From Diadema antillarum (lineage: Eukaryota): a DNA stretch of 64,000 nt. The notes beneath the pieces are model-generated. The model did no database searches, was not told the origin of the DNA, and saw nothing but the letters and a program-made list of their open reading frames with translations. Shown one piece after another: positions 12,340 to 26,315 of the stretch (positions are counted from its first letter, which is position 1; each line of letters starts with the position of its first letter). The position numbers and the translations under genes are program-made. The DNA is taken from NCBI RefSeq assembly GCF_040938485.1, contig NW_027271554.1:1426001-1490000 (forward strand), written 5' to 3'.

Positions 12340-15300
12340 TAATCTCAGATCTTTTGTTCCTACCATGTGACGGAGTATGATATGTGACCAGTACGGTACA
12401 GAAAGTTTCAGAGTAGGGATGCATGGGCACAACTCCACAAGATTTCTCATGTCCACCAAATAACTGGACCTTCGGTACCATAGTGGAGACCATCTGTCAA
12501 ATATCTGATGCACCTGATGTCCGTAGAAACGAGCTTGCAATGTTTAAACAAAATCTCCCAACCTATGGCCTTATTTTCATTGCACGGCACTGCATCCAAC
12601 ATCAACGGGGAAGATGACTTGACAGGTGCTTTTTAGTTGTTGTTTTTTTCAATCTGGCATGGCTTTGGATGACAGCTGCACTGTGTTTGAACTCTAGAGG
12701 GCAGTCATGAAGTGATGGATGGTGGAATCCATCCTTTGCTTAAACAAAAAGGATGACTGAGCAAGACTGACGACCATTTACTGCTGTGTAGTGTGCTCTT
12801 TGTGACAGTGTTATTTGTGATGTGTAGCATCGTTTCACTGTAATTACTGTTTGTTTCTTCTTGATGTACAGTGGTTGTTCTTACCCACCCCCACTTTAAG
12901 AAAATGAAAATAAAAACCAAAAACAGCTACTTTCATCAGGTCATCGAGATGATTTTGTATTCAGTTGGTCACTTCCTATGTAGCAATGCATTTACATACT
13001 ACCGGTATTATATACAAGTGGGTGAGAATTCAGACAAAACAAGCGCTCAAAGAAAAATATGCTGTTAAGTCAGAAAAAAAGAAAATAGCTCTACAGGTTT
13101 GACTAGTGGAGTTTTCTGCTGCATGTGTACCCATGTAGCATGTGTTGTACAACTGTATTAACCAACTGGACAGGACTTTGTATGATTGCATCCATGGATC
13201 TTTGTTACCAGTTGCTGCTGGGGAGTTAGCAAAGAACATGCCAGGCTCTTCCGTGTTCTGAATTTCTGCTGTGTGCACACAGCTAGCTTGTCAGATTGGC
13301 GTCGAGGTTCCACAATGCCGCTAGGTCCATTGTGCTGTCTGCCCAGGCCCGTGTTGTTTGGCGATGGGGCGAGCCGCCGTCCGTTCCTGCCCAGTGGCCA
13401 GTGATAAAATTTGTGTAGGACTCTGCTTTGGTTCCGCACGTGGACAAGACTGGTGTTGATTTGGTAGCCCCGTCCTCTTCATCTGCACTTCACTCTTCGG
13501 CGACTGCGTGGTCGCCCTCGATCGATCATGAGCATCAGCTGAGGTTGATGTCAAAATAGTTCAGTAGGCACGGGAGCATGGATGGGTGCCCATGGCACTG
13601 TAGTAAAAGCGTAGAGTGACCAAAAAAAAAAAAGTCCTTTCAAGTTTTGACATTTCTAAAGGCGTTTCCATGCTCTGTTTACACAGGGCATGACAGAAAA
13701 TCCCCCATATCTACTCCCACTTGCCCTAAACAGGATTTTGGCACATCCCCTATTAGATTCTATGATACAACCAGGTGCCAAATCATATTACATGCCCAAC
13801 ATCAAGTTTTTGTTGCCCTGGGCAGCCAGGCATTTGGGTGTGTAACACCCTGTTCAGGGGTGGGGATTTGGTATATGGTCATCAGCTGGATGGCAGAAAC
13901 GAACAAAGTGGGCAGTACTATCTCTCAGTTTTAAAGTGATTGAAAGGTTGAGCTTGCAAGGACTTGACCTTGCGCGTTTCATGTCCACTGGAGCCTTGCC
14001 TAGCTCGTGTAGGAGGCTGCAGGGTATATGGTTGCCATGGTAACTGTCTGGAATGCATGTAATAGGAAGTATCAACAGCAGGGATAGGCACCATTCTTTG
14101 CCCTTGTGGAAATTTTGTGCACTGCAATACCAGCAGCAAAAAACAATATTAACAAAATGTACCGTAGATATTCTGTTCTTCTTGTACATTGTCACCAAAA
14201 TATCTAAACCCATACAGCTTGTCATCTGGCAGTAGTCAAGGAACTTCAAGAAACAAACAAACAGTCAAACAAACATGAAAATTGCATCTCTGACTCAAGA
14301 AAATGAGTTAATCCCACAAAAATGTTGCATGTAGGAAATTTTCTTTCAAACTTCTAGATTTTACGCAAGTAGAACAAGTGTGGAGGTAAAGATGTTACCC
14401 CATCCCTAGTAGAGAATCACAAAAGTGTAACAACATCCGCTGATCATTCAGCTCGAGTGAGGAACTATGGGATTGGAATATGGCTGCAACCACTTGTCAC
14501 TGTGGGCTCTTTACATGTGTGGCTGCTGCATGTGCGAGAGATTAATTGTTGAGCCGCAGGGATGCCTGGCTCCCTCTGTAGTCTCAACCGATGACCTAAG
14601 AGTTGCAGAGTCTCTCTTTGGCCTTGTTCTCATCAATTTTATTGTGCAGTAAAAAGTTTGATTTGTTCTCAGAGTACATCTTCATGGTTCTTGCGTGTGA
14701 GTGTGTAGCGTCACACATACATGTCATGTCCATGCCCTACTGTGCAATTAAACGTCCCATTCGTATATAAATTAGTTATGAAAGTGAGAGTAGCTAAGCT
14801 TTGTACATCATGTGATGAGGATTCAATTTGTCCCTAACAGTGCCAGGTTTGGGTATTGACATTTTACTCACTTATGAAGTTTTGCTTTTGGGTGCATTCT
14901 TCCACCAACCACCACCCTGGTATCTTCATGACAAGGAGCAGTGGAAGTGCCGTGGTTGTGTGACATCATTGCGGTAAAGTGGGCAAGGCTGTGGACATCC
15001 AAAATGGCAGGTTCTCGGTTCAAATCTTGCCCAGCGGACCGTACATCCATTTCGTGGAGTTTCCTTGCTGCCGTGCGTGCACTCACTCTTGACGTTGATG
15101 TGTTGGAAACGATAAAGCTGGCAAAGCTTGGGCAGAGATTGTGGGGCTCCCCTCTGTGATGCAGACCTGCATCACAGAGGTTGTCATGGAAACACCCCCG
15201 GAGAATATGAGAACATTAACGGATTAGAGTGTTAAAGAAGCATGTAACAAGAAGGTGTGGTACAGCATGTTGCTCCTTGGTACAAGGATGCTCGCTCATT

Positions 15301-16651
15301 TCATGGTCATCACCTGTGTTTCTGTAGGGAAGTATCGTGCATGTAAGAATTTTTTCCATTATGTCATCAACAAAGCAGGCATTTTTTTGAGACAAGAAAT
15401 GTGATCATGCACACTTGAAAGAACACAGAATAAAAAAAAACAGCAAAAGGGGGGGAGGTGTAATATTGGCCTAGTGACTTGCCAACTTGTGCCATTGCCA
15501 TGTACTGCCTGGCACTGCCTTAATTTAAATGCCTTTGTATACTAGCATTACATGTGCACAGTCATATGAAGTAATTATATTGTCCATATCACTTTTTATT
15601 TAAATAAATGCACAATGTGTGTAGGTCATGTCACATGCAGAAGTATCACCTCAAGTACTGTCATACATAAAAGAAATTCCATCCTGATGTTACATTTTAC
15701 TTAGTGTGAAAACAGAAAAATTGAGAGTAAATCAGTGAAAATTTTGAGGAAAAAAATGGAACACAAAGTTATGACTGAAAATTTAGAGTGTGCTAAATTG
15801 GCAACTCTGTATGGCATTGTAGATGTAGAGCAGCTTTTCATTTAGTTTGTACATGAAAACCAACTATTTTCATTTTTCTCCCAGGAAAAATTTTCTGCAG
15901 ACCTGTTCCTGGTATGTATTAAGAGTGATCAATGAGTTCTGCATGTGCTCTTTTTGAGAAATGCAAAAATAAGTGAAATTTCATATTTTACCAAACAAAT
16001 AGAGCTCTGCTCAACACATGCATCACACAGAGTTGTCAATTTGTCTGTCTTTAAATCTTTACAATATTAATACATTATGCTATACCAGTATCCAAATTCC
16101 CCCCCCCTCAATTCTCCCCCAAATTTTCACTGATTTACTGATTGTCTGATTTTTCTGTTTCAATAGAAAGCAGCATAAAGTCATGATGGAAATTCCCTTA
16201 AAATATTGTGAATTTGTAATCGGCAAGTGACGTGAATTTGTTTGTTTTTTTGTTTGTTTTTTTGGAAGGAGCATGGAACAGTTGACAGTATCAATTCTTG
16301 TTTATACCCCAATTGGTGCTGTAAGATTTCATTCAACATGTTGGTGCCATGGACCAACTGTACTTATAGAAGTCAAATGCTACAGTGCAGGTTAATTTTC
16401 TGAAGATACAGTGTACATACCAGTTAATTACCACACTAGTTATCTTTTATACTGCTTTTAAAACATTTATGAGATGAATGAGATACCAGCGGTAAATCTT
16501 GTGTATTACCACTTCCACATGTTTGTCGCCTCATAATTTACCATTTGTGTAGATTCAATGCGATTTTGGTAAAGATTAGCTTGATGACATGAACAATATG
16601 TTTGTATTGTTCAATGTTTACATCTTCAGTCCTATCAGGAGGTCAATGTAA

Positions 16652-17276
16652 AGCCCCGGTCACACAGCACTCCACGTCTAAATCACGTACAAAAAGTTAT
16701 GAAAATCTGGTGGACGTGGTCGTAAGTGGTAATTTTTGGTCAATTTTGGTTTGGCCGTGCTTTGTATGGGGTATGGCCGTCGGCGGCTGTTCCACTGCTG
16801 AAGCACTGCCTAAGCACGGCTAACCACGTCCAGCCACGTGTATGTATGCGGAAAAATCCATTTGTCAGTGATAAGCCGCTAAACACACGCTATTTCCCGT
16901 GATACCAACGCGTAACACGCGTCTGATGACCGTGCTCTGCCCGTGACAGACCGCTAAACTTTCGCGTCTTACCGCGTCTCCCCAAGTTTTAATCACTGCC
17001 GGAACACGGATTATCACGTGTGTTTCACGTGTGTTGCACGTCTTTACCACGTGTGCCGCCTGTGGTTGTCCGCGGGCTAAAATTTTGAGCAGTTCAAAAC
17101 TTTTTGCCGCGTCCGACGCCGTTCCGATTTTTCCCCGCATCCTGCCACATCTATAAATCGACCATAGCTTGTCTTAAGCTCGACATCAACGCGAACAACA
17201 TCGTCTGCTTCACGGGAGACCACTTTTTGATGGGTTTTGGCCGTGATTAAGCCGTAAAGCGCTGTGTGACCGGGCT
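16652..17276. mobile_element. PIF/Harbinger-like MITE
   Basis: Termini AGCCCCGGTCACACAGC ... GCTGTGTGACCGGGCT; left flank TAA; CpG-rich interior with cacgtg/acacg motifs. Confidence 0.7.
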
Positions 17277-17883
17277 TTGACATTTTATATAAGATGGTAG
17301 GCCAGACAGAATTACTTACAACATACTTTAACCTGGGATTCCCCTCGTTGGTGTGATATGCTGGTCTGTGGTTGAATTCTTGTGCCCATGTGCATTTCTT
17401 CATGTGAGCGTGTCAAACTGGATTTGGATATAGTGATGAGTCATGTAGATGTCACCTTTTTGCAGTATTTTGTCCTCTTGCAAAAAAAAAAATTGCAGGG
17501 TTTATGGAAAGTAATTTTTTTTTGTTCCAAATTGTACTACTGCACAGGTCTTTGCAGGAAAGGTAAAAATACTGTTCTTCACCAAGATTATGCTTAATAG
17601 TCAGCCCTCAGAATACTCCCCAGTGCTATTTACAGGGTTGGCATAAAAAAGTCACATACATGTATTAATTTTGTATAAATTCTTTTGTACTATTTCATTC
17701 CATGCTATTCACCATATTGGAGGTCTGTCAGTTTGCCTCTCCCCCCCCCCCCCTTTTTATGGGGGGGGGGGGGAGGTGGGTGGGTTGGGATGTTATTCAA
17801 ATAGGCCCTACAGTATGGAGGTATGTCACTAACCCGTTATAGACTAGTCCCACATATACTCGGGCAGGTGCCTAGATGGCAAA

Positions 17884-18063
17884 GGTGGTACAATTGAAAC
17901 CATGGCCTATTTCGTTTCGAAATGGTCATTTCGTCAATGAAAGGTCAATATTTCGTAACGAAATGACTGATTTCGTAACGAAATAGGCCATGTGACACTT
18001 GGCGCCCCATAAAAAACTACGGTCTTTGTCCATGGTTTAAACCATGGTTTCAATTGTTCCACC
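17884..18063. mobile_element. Small MITE with 22-bp TIRs and a nested internal inverted repeat
   Basis: GGTGGTACAATTGAAACCATGG ... CCATGGTTTCAATTGTTCCACC (1 mismatch); internal catggcctatttcgtt ... aacgaaataggccatg. Confidence 0.7.
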
Positions 18064-18199
18064 GTCATGAATTTTGGCCAATGGGTCGAAAAGTAGAGCT
18101 GCCTGATAGATAGTGTTTGTGGTGGCACCCTCACTTGTTCTTTTTTCGTATACAAAAAGGTTGATGTTTTACGGTCTGCTTGTGTGTGCCCTGCAAGCC

Positions 18200-19030
18200 A
18201 CATTTCTTGACAGATTTTGGTCAGATTTTGTACTGAGGTTTATCATCTGCTGTGCTTGTAGTCAAATTTGAACCCCTGTAATTTTGATGCTGCTGCCCCC
18301 AGTGTTCTGCCTTTTACAGGATCAAAGGTAGCCACCCTTATACAGTGTATTTCTTCTGTGCACATTTCCAGATTGATTTTCTTCCAAACTGGTATGGAGG
18401 TGTATCATTATGAAACTGAAACCCTTTATTGTTTATGGTGATGCTGCCCTCTGTGTTCTAGCTTTTACAGGGTCATACATGTAGGTCATACTGTTTGGTC
18501 TGTATCTTGTGTATGGCCTGTAGACTGCATTTCTTGGCAGATTTCATTCAAATTCTAATTATGGAAGGCTTGCACAGAGGTTTATCATAGTAAAATCTTG
18601 ACCTTGTAGATGGTTTGTACTAGTTTTGGTTATTCTGCCCTCAGTGTTCCACATTTAATTGGGTCAAAGGCTGCCACCATGTTATACACACACATTCCCT
18701 GTATGCTTAACCATCTACATCTTTGCATCTTGGATATTTTTTTCAAAACGCATAAAAAATACATAGATTTGCATCGTGGTAAATCTAGACCTTATTGTTT
18801 CCCTTAATGCTGCTCCCAGTGTTCAGCCTTTCATAGGGTCAAAGGTCATATTTTGATGGGTGTCTTGTGTACAGAATATAGGTGGCATTTTGTGATGGAT
18901 ATACACAAATTTTTTATTAGGTTGTATAATGAACAAATCTATACTCTTGTTATTTTTGGTAATGCTGCCCTCAGTGTTCCATCTTTTATAGGATCAAAAT
19001 TCATATATTTAGGTTTCTGACTTGTATGTG
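18200..19030. repeat. Degenerate tandem array, ~150-190-bp units
   Basis: The motif gctgccc..cagtgtt...ttt(t)a(c/t)agg(g/a)tca recurs at ~18292, 18443, 18635, 18809 and 18964. Confidence 0.65.
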
Positions 19031-19120
19031 TTACATGCACTCCACTGGCCATACTTAATGGCTATATTATGCAGGTCCATCGAATGGTATAGGCCTACCC
19101 TTATCTTAGTTGTAGTTTAA

Positions 19121-19841
19121 CCCTAACCAGGCCGGGCTTTTTTTTGGTGTTCTGTGGCTGGGGAGGGGTTGATTCAACCCCCCCCCCCCCCCCCCCCCCC
19201 CCCGGAGATCTCGGCCATCGATTGCGCAATCGCCATGAAATTTGGCACGTGCATTGCCTGTGGCGTATGCTACCATGCTATACAAAAAGAAATGGAAATT
19301 TTCGTCATAATAATTAATTATGCTAATACAACTGTGTATGCATAAAATCATACATTTTGCTCTAAATCAGAAATTAAATCTCCTAGAATCCTAATTTTTG
19401 GTGAAAACATTCTTTGTAGCATTCCTAACAACGTACTTGAAAAAAAAATTTGGTATCAAAATCAATTTCTTATGTATTTTATTGTTTTATGAATTTCTTA
19501 TGTATTTCCTTGTTTTTTCGACCTTTTGTTTTATCATTTTTTTTCCGCAAAATTTATGACAGAACCTATTTCAAGCATAATTATGCTAAAATTAATTAGT
19601 TTCAGCCTATGAAAGTGAAAATAATCATATCTTTATGAATAAGAAGAGAAAACTCCATTTGCATAGACTTTATACACAAAATCACGTTTTTGAGCCATTT
19701 TTGGTGTCAAATGGTGTCAAAAGATCCGCGAGACTTGAAAGTAAAAAGTCAGCGAACGGCGCGGTCAAAAAATTTCGCGCGGCGGAGTAGTCGCGAAAAA
19801 TGTCGAGGGGGGGTTGATTCAACCCCCCGGCCTTTTTAGGG
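19121..19841. mobile_element. piggyBac-like non-autonomous element
   Basis: TTAA|CCCTAA ... TTAGGG|TTAA with subterminal gg(g)ttgattcaacccccc motifs at both ends; a 5' fragment of the same family lies at ~33500. Confidence 0.8.
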
Positions 19842-19918
19842 TTAATAACCTGGGGATGCACTTTCATTGCATGCCAATGGATATTTGTAGTGTTACTGGT
19901 CTTTATCCTGTATTGCAG

Positions 19919-19952
19919 GTCAGATACCATGCCGAGCTGGTGTATCTCAAAG
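19919..19952 (+). other. Candidate 34-nt 5'-UTR exon of the ZNF800-like gene
   Basis: Acceptor ctttatcctgtattgcag| and donor AAAG|gtatga; contains accATG at 19929. Confidence 0.45.
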
Positions 19953-20204
19953 GTATGATGTTGTAGCACAGGGGTGCTATATTCATAGCCACTGCATTAG
20001 CACACCCATGATGGGGGCAATGAAACCCTTTCAGTTTTGAGGGGCTTAAAGGGGATGGCTAGTAACTGATCAGTGGGAATCAGTGGGAATTCCGGGGGAT
20101 GATTGTTCCAATCCTTGTGAGATTCATTTAAGAGTACATTTGTTGTGTGAAAATTATTTGCTTCAGAATGGTCTCATATTCAAGTAATGTGCAGTTCAGT
20201 GTTT

Positions 20205-20281
20205 CCAGGTTAGCATGCCTGTACAGTGACGGGGCGAGCATTAACGGATCGCCCCGTCACTGTACAGGCATGCTAACCTGG
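20205..20281. repeat. Perfect 33-bp inverted repeat with 11-nt loop
   Basis: ccaggttagcatgcctgtacagtgacggggcga (20205-20237) / gcattaacgga / tcgccccgtcactgtacaggcatgctaacctgg (20249-20281). Confidence 0.95.
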
Positions 20282-21605
20282 GAACATTTTGCTGACCTTG
20301 CCTAAGTTGAATCTGTTTGGACTGAAGAAATAGCTTCAACTTCCAAATCGAATTGTGAGGGATTAAAATCAATAGAATGTAAAGAGAAGAGGACTTGAAA
20401 AGACCTTCGACACAGGTGATTATTGGACTTCCAATCCGAGGTTGACTTTAGCAAGCTTGACTGTTGTGAAATTTGGTGCAAACTTTTGTCAGGGCTTGAC
20501 ACTATATTTTTTACCCAATGACCCATTAGGGCCACTAAAATCTATTAAAGATCTGAGATTTTGGTAGTCCAAAAAAGAAATCACTGTATAGTGGTCTGAA
20601 ATATAACAATCTGTTGTGAGTCATACAATGCAAGTGCCTGATCGGGCCACCAAAAGATAGTCTTTTTGGAATTTGATGGCCCGACATGAATTATTAGTGT
20701 CCCTGGGCCACCACTAATGTTGAGCCCTGCTTTAGTCATGATTTCAACATTATACCTGTACATAGAGCTAGGCCCTGTTTTATGAAGAGTTATTAATTGA
20801 ATATAATATACCCGGTAGTCGAGCCTGTCTGGAAAGAGAATTTACAATCAATTTTATCTTTTGATAGAACTGGGCCCTGGTGTGCCTGCTGGACAATCTT
20901 GAAACCTTAGGCATGGGAAGAGTATACCATCATGTTGATGTTTGTATTACCCATCTATATTGTTTGGAAATGAAAATAAAACATGAATGAAATGAACATT
21001 GACTTTGTCAAAATATCAGGGATTTTTGGACACCTTTTTTTTTGTGCTTATGTATTGGGGGTTCAGCATGAGATTTTGTTTATCAGAGTGAGACAGGTAG
21101 AAGTGGATGAACTGTGCTCTGATTGTGAGAGTTGCAGCCCCGGGGTATCAGAAGAGCCCTATCCAAGACTTGAGAATGTAGCAGACCATTCAGTGGTTTC
21201 CATTTGGATGGTTGTAACCCCATGAAAATATGCTTGAATCTTTCAATGAAACATGATATGTTAGTCTTGCCTCTAGTGTGATGTAATTTAAATCTGTGTG
21301 TAATTAGTTATATGACCTCGAGACCACTTCCTTTTTAGCAGAGAGTACTCTGGACGGTGGGAGAGGACAGTCTCTAGTTTTGTGATTTCTCATCTAATCA
21401 CTCTGCCACCAGGGGGCGGGCTTGACTGAACTGAAGCAAGTCGAACCAACTCCAGAACATTGTTTGGTGCACATGATACAATCAGTCAGCAGTTGATCAT
21501 GGAAGCACTGTACATAGCTTTAGGTTATGAACCAGTCCAATTTACATTAATAATAATTGGCGACTGATGTAAAACAAAAGTAGGCCCTACTGACTTGTGG
21601 ATAAT

Positions 21606-22735
21606 TTTTTATGCCTCCGCCACGAAGTGTCGCCGGAGGCATTATGTTTTCAGGTTGTCTGTCCTTCTGTCCTTCTGTCCATCCGCAATCAACTTTGTGG
21701 ACAGCATAACTAAAAAACCGTTTGAGGTATCCTAATGAAACTTGGCAGGTATATGTATGAGGGGGTGAAGTTGTGCCTATCAACTTTTGGGTGCAGATGC
21801 TCAAGGTCAAAGGTCAAAGGTCGAGGTCAAATGCTCAAAATTTCACTATTTCGCCCATATCTATGCAATGCCTGATGGCACTTAGTGTATACATCTATTA
21901 CCCAATAAAGATTCTCTAGTGAGAGTTTGGAGTCATGAGGTCAAAGTTCAAAGGTCAAGCAAAAATGTTGAAATTTCACTTTTTTCTTCATATCTTGGAA
22001 ATGGTTCAAGGTATCTTCATGGAACAGAGTACATATGCATCTACTGACTGGCAGTGATTATCTAGGGAATTTGGGGGTCATGAGGTCCAAGATCAGGGAT
22101 CAAAGGTCAAGGTCAACTCATTAAATTTCACTTTTTCCATCATATTTATGCAATGCCTGCCAGATTTTTCTTGAAACTTGGTTCATTACCCAATAGAGAT
22201 TCTCTGGAAAGTTTTTTGCCAAAAAGTCGAAGGTCAAAAGGTCAAAGGTCAAGTGAAAGTGCTAGATTTCACTTCTTCCTCCATAGCTCGGAAGTTGCTC
22301 AAGGTGTCATGAAACTACTTGTATGCATGTTGTGCCTGACAGTGATTCTCTTGGGAATTTTAAGGTCAAAGGTCAAGGTTCAAAGGTCAAGGGTCAAAGG
22401 CCAGGTCAAGATGCTAACAATTTATTGTTTAATACACAAATTACACTTTTTCTCTGTACCTTGAAAATAACTCAATGCATAGAGACTTATAAAAGGGTCA
22501 AAAGTCAAGTAAAAGTCCCTGAATCCCCCAAATACATGTACATGCTCTCTTAGAAAATGTAGCCATTCGTCCAATTAAGCCTAGTTCAAGGAAAGTGAAC
22601 ATTCAACACATTATAACATGTCAACTTGATATTTTGCCATTTAGATGAAACTGTCATACATTGTCAAGACATAATACTGTATAGACCTATCAGGAGAATC
22701 ATACATTATGGTGGAGGCATGGCGACATTTCTAGT
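21606..22735 (+). mobile_element. Helentron/DINE-1-like non-autonomous element (HINE) with aaggtcaaaggtca core repeats
   Basis: 5' subTIR atgcctccgcca (21611), nearby inverted ggaggcat, (tctg/tcc) microsatellite, repeated ggtcaaaggtca cores, 3' subTIR tggtggaggcat (22709-22720) and end ctagttt. Confidence 0.75.
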
Positions 22736-25428
22736 TTATTTGTATATCATTTCTTTGTGCGTGCAAGTGTCATTATATATATATGTCTGTAAGCCATTAA
22801 CCTGTTGATGACAAGTCCCTAGTATACTCGGGCATCTATGGGAAATCAGTCTGTCCTCAAAGGGAAGTAATTCTGTTATGTTTAAAGTAATTGTGTAGTA
22901 GCACAACACAAAAGTATTGGATGCTGTGTGTATGTGTAACTGCAGGACGTCTTTCCTTCTTGTTTTTTTAATATGTGTTGGTCAAAGTTGTGAGATGAAT
23001 GACATCACCACTGTCAACTGGTGTGAAGTGGCACAGTTTTTGTTTCCTTACTGATACCTGTGTGAGATCATCAGTTACTAGCACTGGATAGCTCTCAGTC
23101 TCATTAAATGTGTGTTCATTTACAGTGTTCCCCAATAGATGCTCTGAATTGAGTATGACTTATATAATTACTTGTATTACTGTCCACTCAGGGGCGTCAC
23201 CAGCTTTTTTTCAAGGGCGGGGGATGCGTTTATATTTCTTGTTCCACTTATGGGTTTCATCAGCTAACAAGCAAAAAAAAAAAAAGGGCTTCTTACTCGT
23301 GCGCATGCGAGGTCCCACCTCTGAGACTGTTGATATTTAAATTCTCCGTACATACATGATAAGTAATTGTCCTCGGGAGGTAATGTACAATGTATGGTGT
23401 GGGAGTTGTGTCTGATGCAAGAAGGCTTTCCAATTTCTAGACCTGTTTTCATAGCCGGAGCAGCCTGCCATGAAACAGAGATGCTCAATCATTAACAGTG
23501 TCCTTGTAGCCAATATGAGGAAGAGAAGCACAACTATTATGTGATGCAAAGGGACTAACATCAGAAGCCAGTCAAACAGTAGACCAAGGCTCTTTGCCTT
23601 TTTTATGTGTCTCCATTTACCTTTTTATGTGTCTCCATTTACCTTTTTATGTCGCCCTCTTGTGATCAGTGACCGCAAAAGCCTATCACATTGCACGGTA
23701 TTGTGTACAACTTTGCTGGCAAAAGGGATGTTGCTCTCACCCCACAAATCGCTACCTCACAAAAGTATAAATGAGAACATCTCTATGAGCCCTTTCTATC
23801 ATTGAGCAACAGAGGGCGTTGTAAGGTTTATTGCTGATTGGGGGGAAATATACTGCTCAGGCAGTGAGCTAGTGAAACAGTGGCTAACAATCCTCTGAGC
23901 AGATGATCATAGTTTTAACGATCATAGTTTATGATCTTTTCGCTCAGTTTGCTCTCCAGTCCGTTAAGTTAATTGCGGCGGCATGCTACTGTCACATTTT
24001 TGCAATTTGTGAAACCATACATACATGTATGAACGGATTCTGCTTGAGCTCAGTCAAGAATGGATGTAGCAAGATTCCTGAATTTCTTATCGAAATGGGT
24101 ATAATTGGGCTGTCGTTATCTATGTACAGTGTATGTTGCAATGTTCCATGATAGCACAGTGAGCTGCTTGTATAAATTTGTAACCCATGCAAACTCTCTC
24201 AGTTTATTTGTGAGTGCAATAAATCGTATTTGCATATTGATTGACCCTCCACACAAGCAGAAGGCAATATGTATGTCATTGGACCAGCAAAAAAGATAAA
24301 AAGAAAAAAAAAATAAAAATGCTGGAATGTTCAAAAGCCAAGCTTAGGCTAGAGCTTTGAAATCAGGTTTTAGATTGTAATGTTAATATAAATTATATAT
24401 CAAATATATGTAGTAGCATTACATGTCAAGAAGATGGGAAAAGTATAAGAAAGAGAGATAATGTGTGCATGTTACAGGAAGAGCAAAAGTACATGTAGTA
24501 TTTCGGTGTCACAGAATTGGGTACAGACTTGTTTTCTTCGATCACAACATGAACATGCTGCATCATTGTGTGTAGATTGATGACACAGAAAGTGATTGAT
24601 TTCCTAGCAAGCTGTTTCAAAGATCAAGGGTCAAAGGTTATGGTCATTACGGATTGTCCATGAGATACTACTAGAAAGGTATCCCTGTCAAAACTTTTTC
24701 ATTCCAGGGAAGAGGACATAGTGTGACCGATAAATGACAGATAAATGATACTGATTAGATTTCAAGTTATCTATCTATCTGACAGTCTCAAAGGTCAGTG
24801 GCTAGTGGTCAAGGCAGCTCACCCAGCAGTTAGACCAAAGGTCAATGGCTGGTGGTAATGGCAAAGCACACAGCAGACTCCAACAGACTTTGCCAGACTT
24901 ATTTACTATAAAGCCCACTGCCTTCCGAATCAAAGTTACCCTTGTAGCCAGAATGTTGTTCCTGGTTTCCATGGGTGTGAGTTCTTCAGAGTTTCTCAGC
25001 AGTTGTGCTGTTTGTAATGGCAGTAGCTTTAACTATGATGGAGTGTAGGATTGTTTGCATAATATCTTGGGTGCTTGGAAAAAAAGACTCATGGGCCCAT
25101 GGGCAGAGGTGACCCAAGTAAGTGTTGACTTGCAAGCAACACTGACCTAAAGCAACTGAAGCTCCATTGTCAAGATCATGAGTACTTGTACTTCATTGTG
25201 TTCAACTGGTGGAAAAGTCATAACTGAATGATCAAGCATGTGAAGTCTTGGGTAAAATACTGCATGGCAAAGTATGTATACCTGACCTAATATCTTGTCC
25301 TGCAGCCACATTTCACTTCCGGCAGATATGGACTTCGAATTGTACTCTTTGAAGTTAAACAATCGAATTTAGATTTAGAAGGGTTTCAGAGTTTGTTAGA
25401 CTTCTTTGTTGCTTTGAGGTTGCAAATA

Positions 25429-25963
25429 CAGTGCACTCCCGTTATAACGAAATGCTCGGGACCGGCAGTTTTCTTTCATTATAACGAAATTTCGTTATAA
25501 CCGAACAAATACAATATATAACAAAAACAAGGAAACCACGTATATATATCATATTCTCTTTGCTGAATACTCATCATACACTGGAAAGCTATGTGAAATG
25601 TGATGGGATAACTGTATTACAATAATAAACGCAAGTTCCCCTCAGAAACTGTGCGTGACACAAGGAGCGAACACACAGTGGTGTGAAGCGTTCACCCATG
25701 CAGAAACGCTATAAATGCTTGTTCCGCTACATATGTTCGAAAGCAATTCGCATTTCGTTATAACGGAGCACATTTCTTTTGTTTTTCTTTGTCTGTGGCG
25801 CTCGGAAAAGACTTTGTTATAACGGAAATTTCGCTATAACCGTGTTCGTTATAAGCGAATTTTGTACCATAGACTTTAATGGTGATAATTTGGGGACCAC
25901 AAGATTTACTTCGTTATAACGAAATTTCGTTATAACCGTGTTCGTTGTAACGGGAGTGCACTG
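25429..25963. mobile_element. pogo/Tigger-like MITE
   Basis: TA|CAGTGCACTCCCGTTATAACGAA ... TTCGTTGTAACGGGAGTGCACTG|TA; internal repeated cgttataac motifs. Confidence 0.88.
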
Positions 25964-26315
25964 TATCAGCTTGAAAGGAAGCCGGTGTGGCTCTCTGTCC
26001 TGGTGATCTGGATTCCCTGATTCAAGTCTGCTAGCAGCAGGTTTTTTTTTTCTGCCCTATTTGGCCTAGGCAAAGCACTTACCAATTGTAATCCTCATAG
26101 ATTAGTCCTTTGGAAGGAACTTAAAACTGCTAATCTTGTAGTGGTCACTCCTGAGCATATAGTACTTCCGTAGTGGCCACATTAAATAAATTAAAACCAA
26201 TGAACACCAGATTTCTTTTTGTCAGATTTTGCTATTTTGTCTTTGAATACACTTTTAAAGTTCTAATTGAAAATGTGGTTTTGTTCTTGTGTCTGCATAC
26301 AGAGCGGCTACCGTG

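Noticed and set aside
13158-13554. GC-rich patch with overlapping short ORFs
   Set aside because: No family similarity or consistent splice signals; may be regulatory or a decayed repeat, but this cannot be supported.
26289-26315. ORF-track start at GTG 26289
   Set aside because: It begins inside the intron's acceptor tract; the ATG at 26316 after the AG at 26301-26302 is the better start.
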